A stretch of 59,566 nucleotides of DNA from a virus (lineage: Duplodnaviria > Caudoviricetes): IMG/VR virus record IMGVR_UViG_3300046796_000573, positions 1 through 59,566 of that record, one strand, 5' to 3'. The position numbers were made by a program, and so were the translations under genes. The first letter of the stretch is position 1. The number at the start of each line of letters is the position of its first letter. Below, in pieces: positions 1 through 9,492 of this stretch. The notes beneath the pieces are model-generated. The model had not been told where the DNA came from. It worked only from the letters and a program-made list of their open reading frames with translations, and searched no databases.

Positions 1-127
1 GCTGCTGCTGCGGCCAACTCGCTCCACGCGGCGCAGGCCACCGTCGGCGCTGCGGTGCTCACCTGGCTGAAGTCCGACCTGATCGCGGGTGGCCTCACCG
101 CGTTGGCCGCGTGTCCGCGTCAGCTCC
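1..127. repeat. Terminal direct repeat, copy 1 (circular assembly overlap)
   Basis: Identical to 59440-59566; falls inside a continuous ORF; 127 nt is a common assembler k-mer length. Confidence 0.95.
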
Positions 128-561
128 AGGTCACCACCGCGGGTGCGACGCCTGCGGACGCGCCTGCCACCGGTGTGCTCACCGGCTGGACCGTCAACGG
201 CCTGCGCGTGCAGGAGACGCTGACCATTCCGCAGACCGCCACCACGGTGAACTCGACGTACTTCTACAGCGACTTCGAGTCGTTCATCACGACGGCTGCC
301 GACGGCGCGGGTGCCACGCTGGCGCTCGGCTTCACCGCGAAGCTGGGCCTGCGGCACAAGGCCAAGGGACGCGGTGCAGCGCTCGCCGTGTTCACGCCCA
401 TCAACGAGATGGTGGACGGCGCGCTCGCCGTGACCGCCGGCTCGATCACCGACCCGGCCACCGACAAGCCGAACGGCAGCTACTCCCCGAACAGCGCGCC
501 CAACGCGGCACGCGACTACCTGATGCTGTACGAGATCGACCCCACCGCGGGCGTCTTCTGA
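1..561 (+). CDS. 3' part of a junction-spanning hypothetical (probably virion) protein, about 223 aa, starting at 59329
   Basis: Frame 1 is open from base 1 to TGA 559-561 and is in frame with ATG 59329 across the overlap; Thr/Gly/Ala-rich; lies in the head gene cluster. Confidence 0.8.
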   Translation, partial: AAAAANSLHAAQATVGAAVLTWLKSDLIAGGLTALAACPRQLQVTTAGATPADAPATGVLTGWTVNGLRVQETLTIPQTATTVNSTYFYSDFESFITTAADGAGATLALGFTAKLGLRHKAKGRGAALAVFTPINEMVDGALAVTAGSITDPATDKPNGSYSPNSAPNAARDYLMLYEIDPTAGVF

Positions 562-574
562 TCGACCCACCACC

Positions 575-2380
575 ATGCCCCGACCCCGCAAGAAGACGAT
601 CGGCCCCATCGTGCTAGAGGCGCAGCTGCCTCGCGGCACGACGCTGCTCGTGCTGATGCCGGTGCAGGTGGCAGGCGCCGAGCGCAAGCTGCTCGAGGCA
701 CCCGCGAACGACACCGACGCGCCGCGCCTGGTGTGGAATCAGGTGGCCAAGGGCGGCACGTACAAGGGCCACAGCAGCGGCGACTTCACGTTCGACAAGG
801 GCGCCTTCGACGAGATGGTCGCCAACTTCCGCGCGCACCCCAAGTACACGGCGGGCCCGGGCAAGTCGCGCGTCATCCCGGCCGACTTCCACCACGCCAG
901 CGAGGGCCCGGCCAAGAACGTCGCCGTGGCAGGCGCACCGGCCCAGGGCTGGATCTACGAGCTCGAGACGCGCACCGACGCATCCGGCGCGGCGACGCTG
1001 TGGGCTCAGTTCGAATGGCTCGAGCCGGCAGCGGGCTACATCCGCGATGGCAAGTACGACGGCCTGAGCGTGGCCGTGTGGCCCGACGCGGTGGACCCCG
1101 TCAGCGGTGCGCGCATCGGCTGGTACATGTCGAGCGTCGCCCTCACCAACGACCCCTTCATCCAGGGGATGGCCAAGGTGGCGGCCGAGCGCGCAGGCAT
1201 CAACGCCGACCGCGGCGCCAAGGTGGTGCGTTTGTACGGCGGCCCCGAGGACGTGGTCTGCGACCTGCGTTGGATCTTCGGCCTCACCGCGCTGGACGGC
1301 ATCGACGCCGTGATGGCCGCGGTGGAGCAGCTCAAGGGGTTCGTCGCGGACCCCAGCACGGTGCCCGCAGGCGTGGACATCGATCGATTGATGGAGCGCG
1401 TGCGTGGCGCGCTCCAGCTGCCGGTGCTCGCACCGGTGGAGCAAGTCTTCGCGCACCTGGCACTACTGCCGACGGTGCTCGAGCCCACGGAACAGCCGGG
1501 TGAGCCGGCAACCTACGAACACCCGGAACGAGGAACAGCCATGTCGGATCTCGCCACCAAGCTCGCCGAGCGACTCGGCGTGAATGCCCAGGTCATCGCG
1601 GCTTCGCGAGACAAGACCCCGAAGAGCGTCGCCGCACTCGAGTACGAGACGGAGCGCACGCTCGAGCACACCCTCCTCGCTGCGGAGGCCGACCGCACCA
1701 CGGTGGCCAAGCTCTGCGAGCTCACCGGCATCAAGAGCATCCCGCTCGCGCTCGAGGCGTTGACGAAGGCGTTCGAGGACGCCAAGGCGCTCGTCGAGCT
1801 CCGGCCGCAGATCGTCGAGCTGAAGGCGGCGCGCGAGAAGGCGGAAGCCGACGCCATCGAGAGCGACGTCGACGCGGTGATCAAGGTGCACAAGCTCAGC
1901 GCGGTGGTGCGCCCCTCGCTGCTCCGCGATCGCAAGGCCGACGCGCTCGCCTTCGCCAAGGACTACCCGATGCCGGCCAAGGGCTTCGAGCACGTCACCA
2001 CGCCGCTCGCGACGTCCCGCACGGGCACGCTGCGCGTGGTCGGTGGCAGCGTGCAGCTGGGCAACGGCGGCCAGCGCCCGGCGCACGGCAACGCACCGCT
2101 CCCGAAGACGCGCGTCGGCACCACGCCGGAGCGCGACGACCAGGGCGGCGAGCTCGAGCCCGGTACCAGCACGTTCGCCGAGACGCTCTCGCGCTACCCG
2201 GGCGCCAACGTGCTCGCGCAGGCGCAGGCGTACCTGGCCGACAAGGCGCCCAAGGCGTCGTTCCAGGACACGTTCGATCGCGCGGTGGAGCTCGTGCGTG
2301 AGAAGCGCGCCAGCGGCGAGCTGCCGGCGGCAGACCACGCCTCCTACGCGCGCGCAGCGCAGCAGGCCACGCAGGGCTGA
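575..2380 (+). CDS. Mu gp32 (I)-like prohead protease with C-terminal scaffold region
   Basis: Motifs IPADFHHA, APAQGWI, LWAQFEW...YIRDGKY..LS, SVALTNDPFI; coiled-coil C-terminal half; upstream of capsid. Confidence 0.85.
   Translation: MPRPRKKTIGPIVLEAQLPRGTTLLVLMPVQVAGAERKLLEAPANDTDAPRLVWNQVAKGGTYKGHSSGDFTFDKGAFDEMVANFRAHPKYTAGPGKSRVIPADFHHASEGPAKNVAVAGAPAQGWIYELETRTDASGAATLWAQFEWLEPAAGYIRDGKYDGLSVAVWPDAVDPVSGARIGWYMSSVALTNDPFIQGMAKVAAERAGINADRGAKVVRLYGGPEDVVCDLRWIFGLTALDGIDAVMAAVEQLKGFVADPSTVPAGVDIDRLMERVRGALQLPVLAPVEQVFAHLALLPTVLEPTEQPGEPATYEHPERGTAMSDLATKLAERLGVNAQVIAASRDKTPKSVAALEYETERTLEHTLLAAEADRTTVAKLCELTGIKSIPLALEALTKAFEDAKALVELRPQIVELKAAREKAEADAIESDVDAVIKVHKLSAVVRPSLLRDRKADALAFAKDYPMPAKGFEHVTTPLATSRTGTLRVVGGSVQLGNGGQRPAHGNAPLPKTRVGTTPERDDQGGELEPGTSTFAETLSRYPGANVLAQAQAYLADKAPKASFQDTFDRAVELVREKRASGELPAADHASYARAAQQATQG
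1541..2380 (+). CDS. Probable nested in-frame scaffold protein (Mu Z-like)
   Basis: GAGGA SD-like sequence then in-frame ATG at 1541 (MSDLATKLAERLG) after a Pro/Glu linker. Confidence 0.55.
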   Translation: MSDLATKLAERLGVNAQVIAASRDKTPKSVAALEYETERTLEHTLLAAEADRTTVAKLCELTGIKSIPLALEALTKAFEDAKALVELRPQIVELKAAREKAEADAIESDVDAVIKVHKLSAVVRPSLLRDRKADALAFAKDYPMPAKGFEHVTTPLATSRTGTLRVVGGSVQLGNGGQRPAHGNAPLPKTRVGTTPERDDQGGELEPGTSTFAETLSRYPGANVLAQAQAYLADKAPKASFQDTFDRAVELVREKRASGELPAADHASYARAAQQATQG

Positions 2381-2425
2381 CGAGGCCCCCACCACCACGC
2401 CCGAACCCATAGGAGACCTCGCGCC

Positions 2426-2833
2426 ATGGCACTCACTCTTCGCCGCAGCTACGACGCCCACGACATCGTGAGCGTGTTCAACAACACCGGTGTCACCCTC
2501 GCCAAGGGCAAGGTCGTCAAGCAGACGACCACCCAAGACTTCGCCGTGCTCATCGCGGCGGGCACCGACTCGATCGAGGGCGTTGTCCTGGAGGACATCC
2601 CCGACCAGACGTGGGGCAGCGTGCAGATGCGCGGCCTCGCCAACGTCCTGTCCGACAACGTGGGCTTCACGGTCGGCGACGACCTGATGTCCAACGACGG
2701 CACCGCCACGGTGTGGGCCGGCGGTGGCGCGGGCAATAACAAGAACATGCTCGGCAAGGCCAAGAGCACCACGGCAGCGAACCAGCTCGGCGAAGTCGAG
2801 CTCGCAGGGCCGAACGTCATCAAGCAGCAGTAA
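2426..2833 (+). CDS. Capsid cement/decoration protein (DUF2190-like)
   Basis: 135 aa Gly-rich beta protein between scaffold and capsid; AGGAG RBS. Confidence 0.7.
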   Translation: MALTLRRSYDAHDIVSVFNNTGVTLAKGKVVKQTTTQDFAVLIAAGTDSIEGVVLEDIPDQTWGSVQMRGLANVLSDNVGFTVGDDLMSNDGTATVWAGGGAGNNKNMLGKAKSTTAANQLGEVELAGPNVIKQQ

Positions 2834-2893
2834 CGGCCTGCGCCCACCACTCAGTCGCTCTCCCCAGCACCAAGCAACGAAAGGATCTTCATC

Positions 2894-3940
2894 GTGGAAA
2901 ACGTCACCTTCCAGCTCGCAGCGAACATGCCGGGCGTCGGCAGGGCAGGGGAGATGGTCACCCTCTCGCTCGAGCCGACGGACGTGCACGTTCCCGAGGA
3001 GCTCCCCAACTACCTCGCCGGGTACAAGCCGTTCGGCTTCCGCGCGGACGACGTGTCTCCGGTCATCCCGGTGGACAACGACTCCGACTACTACCGCACG
3101 CAGAACCACCTCGACACGTTCGAGGCGGTGCCCATGAAGGTGAGCACCGAGGGCCGCCACGCGCAGATCGACCTGCGCACCAGCACCACCAAGTATACGG
3201 TCGTGCGGCGCGCCATCGGCGTGTTCATCAACGCGATCACCGAGCAGCAGAGCAGCTACAACGTGCGCCAGGCTGCGATGAAGCTCATCCAGCGCAAGAT
3301 GTTCCTCGACCGCGAGATCGACGTCATGGCGCAGGCCAGCACCACGACGAACTTCGCCAGCGCCAACCGATTCCCGCTCGCAGCGGGCAGCGAGTGGAAC
3401 GGCGGCGCGGACAGCGACCCCATCAAGGACCTTCAGTTCGTGATGGACGCCAGCGCGCAGGAGGTGACGGAGTTCCACCTGAACCTCAAGCAGGCGTTCA
3501 CGCTGCTGCGCCACCCGGCCACCCGCGACCAGTTCCGCATGATGATCGGCGACGGCGCCGTCGATGCGGCGCTCAACGTCGTGGGCAAGACGGGCGGCAT
3601 GAACACCAAGCGGGACTTCACCATCCCGGGCATCGGCGACTTCCGCGTCCACGCGGCCAAGCGCACCAACGCCACCACGGGCGTGCTCGAGTACGTGTTT
3701 CCCACGGGCACGATCATCGGCGTCCACAACGAGCCGGGCGCGCCTGCCGACATGGACACCATCAACACGCTGCGGACCTTCCGCGTGCGCGGCGCAGCTG
3801 GTGTCGGCTACACCGTCCGCGAGTACCTCACGCCCGATCGCGGCGCAGAGGGCGGCACGATGCTCGTCGCCAGCCAGGCGGAGATCAGCGTGGTGACGGC
3901 GAACAACGCGGGCGGCATCATCAGCGGCGCGTTCGTCTGA
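2894..3940 (+). CDS. Major capsid protein
   Basis: 348 aa; motif W....SDPIKDL; AAAGGA RBS; followed by a hairpin; synteny. Confidence 0.8.
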   Translation: MENVTFQLAANMPGVGRAGEMVTLSLEPTDVHVPEELPNYLAGYKPFGFRADDVSPVIPVDNDSDYYRTQNHLDTFEAVPMKVSTEGRHAQIDLRTSTTKYTVVRRAIGVFINAITEQQSSYNVRQAAMKLIQRKMFLDREIDVMAQASTTTNFASANRFPLAAGSEWNGGADSDPIKDLQFVMDASAQEVTEFHLNLKQAFTLLRHPATRDQFRMMIGDGAVDAALNVVGKTGGMNTKRDFTIPGIGDFRVHAAKRTNATTGVLEYVFPTGTIIGVHNEPGAPADMDTINTLRTFRVRGAAGVGYTVREYLTPDRGAEGGTMLVASQAEISVVTANNAGGIISGAFV

Positions 3941-3963
3941 CCTGCTGACTGCGTGGTACCCTC

Positions 3964-4002
3964 CGAAGGGCCTGGGCAAGCGAGCCCGGGCCCTTCGCGT
4001 TT
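3964..4002 (+). terminator. Stem-loop after the capsid gene, putative intrinsic terminator
   Basis: CGAAGGGCCTGGGC-aagcga-GCCCGGGCCCTTCG then CGTTT; short U tract. Confidence 0.6.
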
Positions 4003-4011
4003 GGAGAGACC

Positions 4012-4356
4012 ATGCCCCCGATCACCGACACCGCCAGCGAGTCCACCGACACCGACCAGCCCGTCGCAGCGCCGCCCGTCGCCAACGCCGGCAGGCAACG
4101 CCGACAGCGCGGCTGGTGGGCCCAGGCCAACCTGCGCTACCGCCCGGACACCGACACCACGCCCATGGACGTCGCTTCGAAGAACGTCCGCACGGCCATC
4201 CCACACGAGCGCGTGCTCGACCTGCGCGCGGACGACGCGGAGAAGCTCCTGGCCCAGGGCCTCATCGTCGAGGCGTGGGCCGACGAGCGCCGCGACCCGC
4301 GCCAGCCCGTGCGCGCCAAGGCCTACGGCACGCCTGCGCAAGAGCCGCAGCGATGA
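4012..4356 (+). CDS. Hypothetical protein (head-associated position)
   Basis: GGAGA RBS; ATGA coupling to next gene. Confidence 0.6.
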   Translation: MPPITDTASESTDTDQPVAAPPVANAGRQRRQRGWWAQANLRYRPDTDTTPMDVASKNVRTAIPHERVLDLRADDAEKLLAQGLIVEAWADERRDPRQPVRAKAYGTPAQEPQR

Positions 4357-4850
4357 GCGTCACGCCGCTGATCGCGCAGGCCGACCTGGAGGGCCGCTTC
4401 ACGCCTGCGCGGATCGTCCAGTGCGCGGACGACACGAACAGCGGCGACCCCGCCAACGGCCAGGTGCAGGCCAACGTCACGCGCGCCTGCGCCGAGGCCA
4501 GCGGCATCGCCTACGCGATCCTGGGCCAGGGCTGGAGCAACGAGGAGATCCTGCTGCTGTTCACCAACGGCGACGAGGCGCTGAAGGGCGCCACCTGCGA
4601 CATCGCGATGGACATCCTGGGCAAGCGCCGCCAGGAGTTCCTGAACGACGACGGGAAGACGCTGTGGTGGCAGGCGCGCAAGGATGGCGAGGCCACGCTG
4701 AAGCTGTACGCCACGCGGCAGCGCAAGCCCACGGCGGTGCCCGTTCCGGTGGCGGTCAACCACACCATCGGCACGAACACCAACCGCACCCGGCGCGAGC
4801 TCGTCTTCCAGGCGGACGAGGACTACAAGCGGGGCAAGGGCGGGTTCTGA
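4353..4850 (+). CDS. Head-tail adaptor (Mu gp36/DUF1320-like)
   Basis: DLEGRF...AEASG...LKGATCDIA pattern; synteny. Confidence 0.7.
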   Translation: MSVTPLIAQADLEGRFTPARIVQCADDTNSGDPANGQVQANVTRACAEASGIAYAILGQGWSNEEILLLFTNGDEALKGATCDIAMDILGKRRQEFLNDDGKTLWWQARKDGEATLKLYATRQRKPTAVPVPVAVNHTIGTNTNRTRRELVFQADEDYKRGKGGF

Positions 4851-4851
4851 C

Positions 4852-5280
4852 GTGACGCAGGTGCAGGCCGACACGAGCGATGTAGTGCGTGCGGTGCGCG
4901 CGCTCGGCGTCGACCTGCACCCGTTCTTCGCCTCGTTGGGGGAGGACTTGGCCGCCGAGGTGCACGACAACTTCAAGACCAGCGGCCACGGGTCATTCGC
5001 GGCGCTGGCGCCCAGCACGCTGAAGCGCAAGGCCAAGGCGGGCAAGAGCGCCGTCCCCCTGATCTGGAACGCCATCTGGATGAACAGCCCCACGATCATC
5101 ACGGACGAGTTCAGCGCCGAGGTGACCACCAACGTCAACTACGCCGTGTTCCACGTGAGCAAGGCACCGCGCAAGAAGATCCCCCTGCGCGACGTCTACC
5201 AGATGACCGCCGACTTCATGAACGACGTGGCCGAGCGGCTCGCGCGGTTCATCGCCACCGGCGGGAAAGAGGGCCAGTGA
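4852..5280 (+). CDS. Virion morphogenesis protein (Mu gpG-like)
   Basis: LAPSTLKRK, TNVNYAVFH, KIPLRD motifs. Confidence 0.75.
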   Translation: MTQVQADTSDVVRAVRALGVDLHPFFASLGEDLAAEVHDNFKTSGHGSFAALAPSTLKRKAKAGKSAVPLIWNAIWMNSPTIITDEFSAEVTTNVNYAVFHVSKAPRKKIPLRDVYQMTADFMNDVAERLARFIATGGKEGQ

Positions 5281-6224
5281 GCATCCAGTCGTGGACCAGC
5301 ACCTTGGATCGCGCGCTCGCGATCCTGTCGCTCATGCGCCCGCTGATGGGCACCGCCAGCAACGGCTTCGCTCGAGCGCTGTGCACCGTGGGCCAGGCCA
5401 CGCCGGTGGTGGTGCCCAAGAACAGCATCCTGTTCCCCATCCGCAGCGGCGTGGGTGGCGTGCAGGGCATCGACATCACCTGCCCGTTCCGCACCACCGC
5501 AGCGGCCACCGTGGCGATCGGTGCCACGCCCACCGACATCCCCGTGCGCTCCATGCTGGGCGGCGCGCAGCAGAACATCCCCGACACGGCGGCCTTCGCG
5601 TGGTTCCCCGCGCCGATCGGGCTCGCGCCCATGGCGGCCGCGCTGACGGTGGCAGGCGGCGTCACCGAGACGGACAAGCGCGCGCTGAAGTGCGCCGCCT
5701 TCTACGAGATGCCCAACGAGGACGAGCTGCCCGACGAGATCACTCGGGCGATGCTGGGCCAGGCGCCCGGCGTGATGCTCAGCTGGGCGGGCAGCATGGG
5801 CAGCAAGAAGATCAGCGGGAGCAGCTGCTGGCAGCAGACGGAGCTCTGGGAGATGCTCGTGTACGTCTCGCGCGACGAGGGCCGCATGTGGCGCAGCTAC
5901 ACCGGGCTGTCGCTGCTCGACCTGGTCGAGAGCCTGATCGGCGACCGCGCCAGCGCGCCGTTCAACGAGATGAAGTTCACCAGCCTGGGCGCCACCATCA
6001 CCGGGCGGAAGCCGCTGCGCCTCGCCGGCCAGTTCTATGCGTACAAGCTGGCCTTCACCACGGTGAGCGATTGGGAGGGCGTGTACACGCAGCCCGGGCA
6101 GAGCGAGGCGACGATCTCCACGTGGGCCTGGACCAAGCTCAACTTCATCACGCCGGAGGACGAGCGCGGCACGCACCCGACGAACATTGCGATCGTGAAG
6201 GACGCTTCCTACCCTCAGCCTTGA
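5277..6224 (+). CDS. Tail terminator/completion-like protein with extra N-terminal beta domain
   Basis: Position before sheath; C-half APGVMLSWAG...WEMLVYV...YKLAFTT resembles tail terminators. Confidence 0.5.
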   Translation: MSIQSWTSTLDRALAILSLMRPLMGTASNGFARALCTVGQATPVVVPKNSILFPIRSGVGGVQGIDITCPFRTTAAATVAIGATPTDIPVRSMLGGAQQNIPDTAAFAWFPAPIGLAPMAAALTVAGGVTETDKRALKCAAFYEMPNEDELPDEITRAMLGQAPGVMLSWAGSMGSKKISGSSCWQQTELWEMLVYVSRDEGRMWRSYTGLSLLDLVESLIGDRASAPFNEMKFTSLGATITGRKPLRLAGQFYAYKLAFTTVSDWEGVYTQPGQSEATISTWAWTKLNFITPEDERGTHPTNIAIVKDASYPQP

Positions 6225-6652
6225 TGGCAGCCGCTGCGTCGCCCTTCGCGTTCTTCGTGTCCTCCGTGGAGGGCCACGTGGTGCCCCGCTACGGATCGCG
6301 CACCCCGAGCAACATCGGCGTCACCCGCACGGCCGACGGCTGGGCGTGGGACACCGCCAGCATCGAGGGCATCACCCACGTGGAGGCGCAGCTCTACCGG
6401 CGCGAGTACGCGCGGGCCTTCGAGAACAAGTCGCTGAAGCTCCGCACGGCCGACGAGTTCGCCTCGCTGCTGCGCGCAGAGGAGCAGGCCGCCAAGAAGC
6501 GCGCGGACGACCAGGCTGCCGCCAAGGCCAAGGCCGAGGTGGAAGCGAACACGCAGCCCGCACCCGAGCTCGAGCCGTCCGGCGCAGCTGCGGGCGACAC
6601 CGAGCCAGCAGCAGACCACGCCGGTGACTTGCCGGCAGGAGACACGCCGTGA
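6224..6652 (+). CDS. Hypothetical protein (Mu gp38-like position)
   Basis: TGATG coupling; overlaps sheath start by GTGA. Confidence 0.6.
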   Translation: MAAAASPFAFFVSSVEGHVVPRYGSRTPSNIGVTRTADGWAWDTASIEGITHVEAQLYRREYARAFENKSLKLRTADEFASLLRAEEQAAKKRADDQAAAKAKAEVEANTQPAPELEPSGAAAGDTEPAADHAGDLPAGDTP

Positions 6653-8187
6653 GCCTCGACCTCGCAGTCAGCCCGTCCACGCGCACGCCTGCCGTGTACC
6701 TGAAGGTCAACCTGCTGGCCGGGCAGAACAGCCCGGGGACAGGTCAGCTCAAGGTGCTGGTGCTCGCGCCCAAGGGCGCAGGCGGCACCATCACCGACAA
6801 CACCGAGCTACTCGAGGCGGTGGGCAGCACCGACACGGTGGCCACCAAGTTCTTCAAGGGGTCGATGGCCCACCTGGTGGCGAAGATCCTGTTCACCGAG
6901 GTGGGCGCCGATCTCAACCTCGACATGATGAGCCCCGCGCCGGTGGGTGGCGCAGTGGCCGCCACGCTGGACATCACGTTCGCGGGCACCGTCACCATCG
7001 CGTACACGCTGAACATGTTCATCGCTGGCCGCCTGGTGCAGGCCAGCTGGAACCCCGGCGTGCTGGCCAGCGCGTTCGCCACCGCGGTGCGCGACGCCAT
7101 CAACCTGCTGACCAACGACCTGCCCATCACGGCGAGCGTCGTCGGCGCAGTGCTCACGCTCACCGCCAAGAGCGGCGGCACCTGGGGCAACGACATCGTC
7201 GTCTACGCCACGCTGTCCGGCGGCGCAGGCGGCACCATCAACGGCGGGGCCAGCATCAACACCAAGGTGGGCACCACCATCGCCGGCACCACCACCGCCG
7301 ACGTGGCCACCTGCCTCGCTGCCGTGTCGACGCGCGAGTACGCGTACATCCTGGCGTGCGATGGGAACACCGTCGTCGCGACCAGCGGCGCCACCACGGC
7401 GTACGGCAAGATCGACGCGCACATCCTCCAGTACAGCACCGGCGCGCACGCCAAGCTCCAGCAGCAGATCCTGGGCTACACGGGCATCCCGGCCACGGCG
7501 AACACCGCAGCGGGCTACCGCAACGTGGGCACGTCCCAGCTGATGTACTACCAGGCGGCGCAGTCGCTTCCCTGCGAGGTGGCGGCCGCCGAGCTGGGCC
7601 AGCGCCTGCGCGAGCGCCTGCTCGACCCGGCGGCCAACCGCATCGGCCTCCAGTACCGCGCCACGCTCTACGGCCCGGTGGACACCGTCAACGACAAGCT
7701 GACCGACGTCGAGCTCGAGAGCGCGCTCAACAACGGCGTCAGCCCGGTGGACTTCCTCGGCAACGGGAGCGCGTTCGGCGTGATGCCGATCACCACCTAC
7801 GCCTTCGACGCGCAGAGCAACCCTGATGCGCGCCTGCTCGACACCAGCCGCATCGACGGCAGCTACTTCTGCGCGCGCGACCTGGCCACCTTCCTGGCGC
7901 AGGAGTACCCGCAGAAGAAGATCATCGACGACCTCATTGCGGGGCAGGAGCTGCCGCGCGGGTGCGTCCAGATCCAGACCATCCGCACCAGCGCCTACGC
8001 GCGTGCCCGCTTCTGGGTTTCCATCGGCGTGGTGCAGAGCGTGGCGCTCGAGGCCGCGATCGCCAACGGCACCTTCGTTGTCCAGCGCGACACGCAAGAC
8101 TCGTCGCAGGTGGACATGGTCGTCCCGCTGAAGATCGTTCCCCCGCTGCGCAAGTTCAGCGCGGTGGTCAACCACACCGGGCCCTGA
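6649..8187 (+). CDS. Tail sheath protein (Mu gpL-like)
   Basis: RTPAVY, FFKGSMAH, LTLTAKSGGTWGNDI, LDPA, LNNGVSP, ITTY motifs; 512 aa. Confidence 0.9.
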   Translation: MSLDLAVSPSTRTPAVYLKVNLLAGQNSPGTGQLKVLVLAPKGAGGTITDNTELLEAVGSTDTVATKFFKGSMAHLVAKILFTEVGADLNLDMMSPAPVGGAVAATLDITFAGTVTIAYTLNMFIAGRLVQASWNPGVLASAFATAVRDAINLLTNDLPITASVVGAVLTLTAKSGGTWGNDIVVYATLSGGAGGTINGGASINTKVGTTIAGTTTADVATCLAAVSTREYAYILACDGNTVVATSGATTAYGKIDAHILQYSTGAHAKLQQQILGYTGIPATANTAAGYRNVGTSQLMYYQAAQSLPCEVAAAELGQRLRERLLDPAANRIGLQYRATLYGPVDTVNDKLTDVELESALNNGVSPVDFLGNGSAFGVMPITTYAFDAQSNPDARLLDTSRIDGSYFCARDLATFLAQEYPQKKIIDDLIAGQELPRGCVQIQTIRTSAYARARFWVSIGVVQSVALEAAIANGTFVVQRDTQDSSQVDMVVPLKIVPPLRKFSAVVNHTGP

Positions 8188-8200
8188 AAGGTAGTTCGCG

Positions 8201-8593
8201 ATGCCGCTCCCCGACGAGGACATGCTCACTCACTCCCGCGGCCAGGTGGTGATCGCGGGCTCGCGCGTGATCCAGTGCGTGATGGCGCGCTGCTCGATCA
8301 AGAAGGGCGCGAAGGTCAAGCACACGCTCAACCGCCAGGGCAACGCGATCGTGTACGGCAACGCCGAGGTGAGCGGCACCATCGAGCTGGACCTCACGGA
8401 CGAGGGCCCGGAGCGCGACTGGATCGGCGAGCTGCTCTCGCAGAAGAAGTACAACACCCACTACGAGATCCCGCTCTACAACATCCACTTCCAGATCGGG
8501 CTCGACACGGCCGACGTCGAGATGCCGCTCGACGACGCCATCAAGCTGACGCTCAACTTCGTGGGCGCGATCCGCGGCGGTCCGACCGCGTAA
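8201..8593 (+). CDS. Tail tube protein
   Basis: 130 aa beta-rich ORF directly after sheath. Confidence 0.7.
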   Translation: MPLPDEDMLTHSRGQVVIAGSRVIQCVMARCSIKKGAKVKHTLNRQGNAIVYGNAEVSGTIELDLTDEGPERDWIGELLSQKKYNTHYEIPLYNIHFQIGLDTADVEMPLDDAIKLTLNFVGAIRGGPTA

Positions 8594-8628
8594 CCACCAC
8601 GGCGCGCGTTTGAGCTACGCTCCGCCGC

Positions 8629-9336
8629 ATGGCTGATGGAGAGAAGAAGGACCCGCTTCAGGCGGTGGTGCTGGGCGAGCTGGCGAAGTGGCTTGAGGGC
8701 CGCTCGCTGGAGGATCTCGAGGTAATCGAGCTCGATGGCGAGGCCCTCTATCCGGACAGCATCCCGCGGTTCAACTGGGGCACGCGCAAGATCGAAGAGA
8801 CGCCCGTCTACCTGCGGGTGCACGGCGGCCAGGACCGCATCATTGCGCGCCAGCGCGTGATCGCCGACCTGGCCCCGCGCTCGAAGAGCAAGACCGGCGA
8901 GACGCTGATCACCACGATCGAGCAGGCCCGCACCACCTTCGGCGCCGACGTCGTCGAGCACGCCGAAGCCGTGCACCTGCTGGCCCTCAGCCTCCGCCGG
9001 CGCGAGGACCCCAAGCTGCCGTTGATGGCCGCGCAGGATCTGGAGAAGGTGCTGAGCACCGTGGCCGTGGACGTGACGCTGGCCAAGATCGAGCACTGGC
9101 GCGCGACGTTCGACCAGCGCATCAGCGAGGCGCAGCTGTCCGACCCGAAGGTGTTCTGGCCCTGCGTGGCCGCCATCGCGAAGCGCGGTGACCTTGGCCC
9201 TTTAGTCGTTATCGCTGGGCCCGCGCAGCCCAGCTTCATCATACGTATGGCTGTGGAGCTGCAAGGCTACCGGACCGCGTCGTCTTCGCAGCCATCTGCC
9301 GAGAGCTCGACCTCTTCGGACAGACCGACGAGCTGA
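8629..9336 (+). CDS. Tail assembly chaperone (G-like)
   Basis: Between tube and tape measure; contains slippery heptamer. Confidence 0.7.
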   Translation: MADGEKKDPLQAVVLGELAKWLEGRSLEDLEVIELDGEALYPDSIPRFNWGTRKIEETPVYLRVHGGQDRIIARQRVIADLAPRSKSKTGETLITTIEQARTTFGADVVEHAEAVHLLALSLRRREDPKLPLMAAQDLEKVLSTVAVDVTLAKIEHWRATFDQRISEAQLSDPKVFWPCVAAIAKRGDLGPLVVIAGPAQPSFIIRMAVELQGYRTASSSQPSAESSTSSDRPTS

Positions 9337-9482
9337 CGCACATCCTCTTCCCGAAGTGGAAGTTCCCCGACGCCTGGCGCGAGATGATCTCGAAGAAGCT
9401 GGCCAAGGCGAAGCAGGACGTGGAGCTCGAGCTCGAGCGCGACCGGCTCACGGACATCGCGCTGGAGCAGCGCCACAAGTAG
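9198..9482 (+). other. -1 programmed frameshift site (C CCT TTA, 9198-9204) and frameshifted extension (GT-like) ending at TAG 9480-9482
   Basis: In-frame X XXY YYZ heptamer with rare TTA codon; -1 frame stays open and fills the gap to tape measure. Confidence 0.8.
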
Positions 9483-9492
9483 GATCGCGGAC

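Noticed and set aside
1-127. 127-nt terminal repeat as a biological DTR or att site
   Set aside because: It lies mid-ORF and matches a typical assembler k-mer, so it is best explained as circular overlap
2894-2975. Capsid N-terminus resembling ribosomal L9 N-domain (GVGRAGEMV)
   Set aside because: Too short to support; more likely a propeptide or chance match
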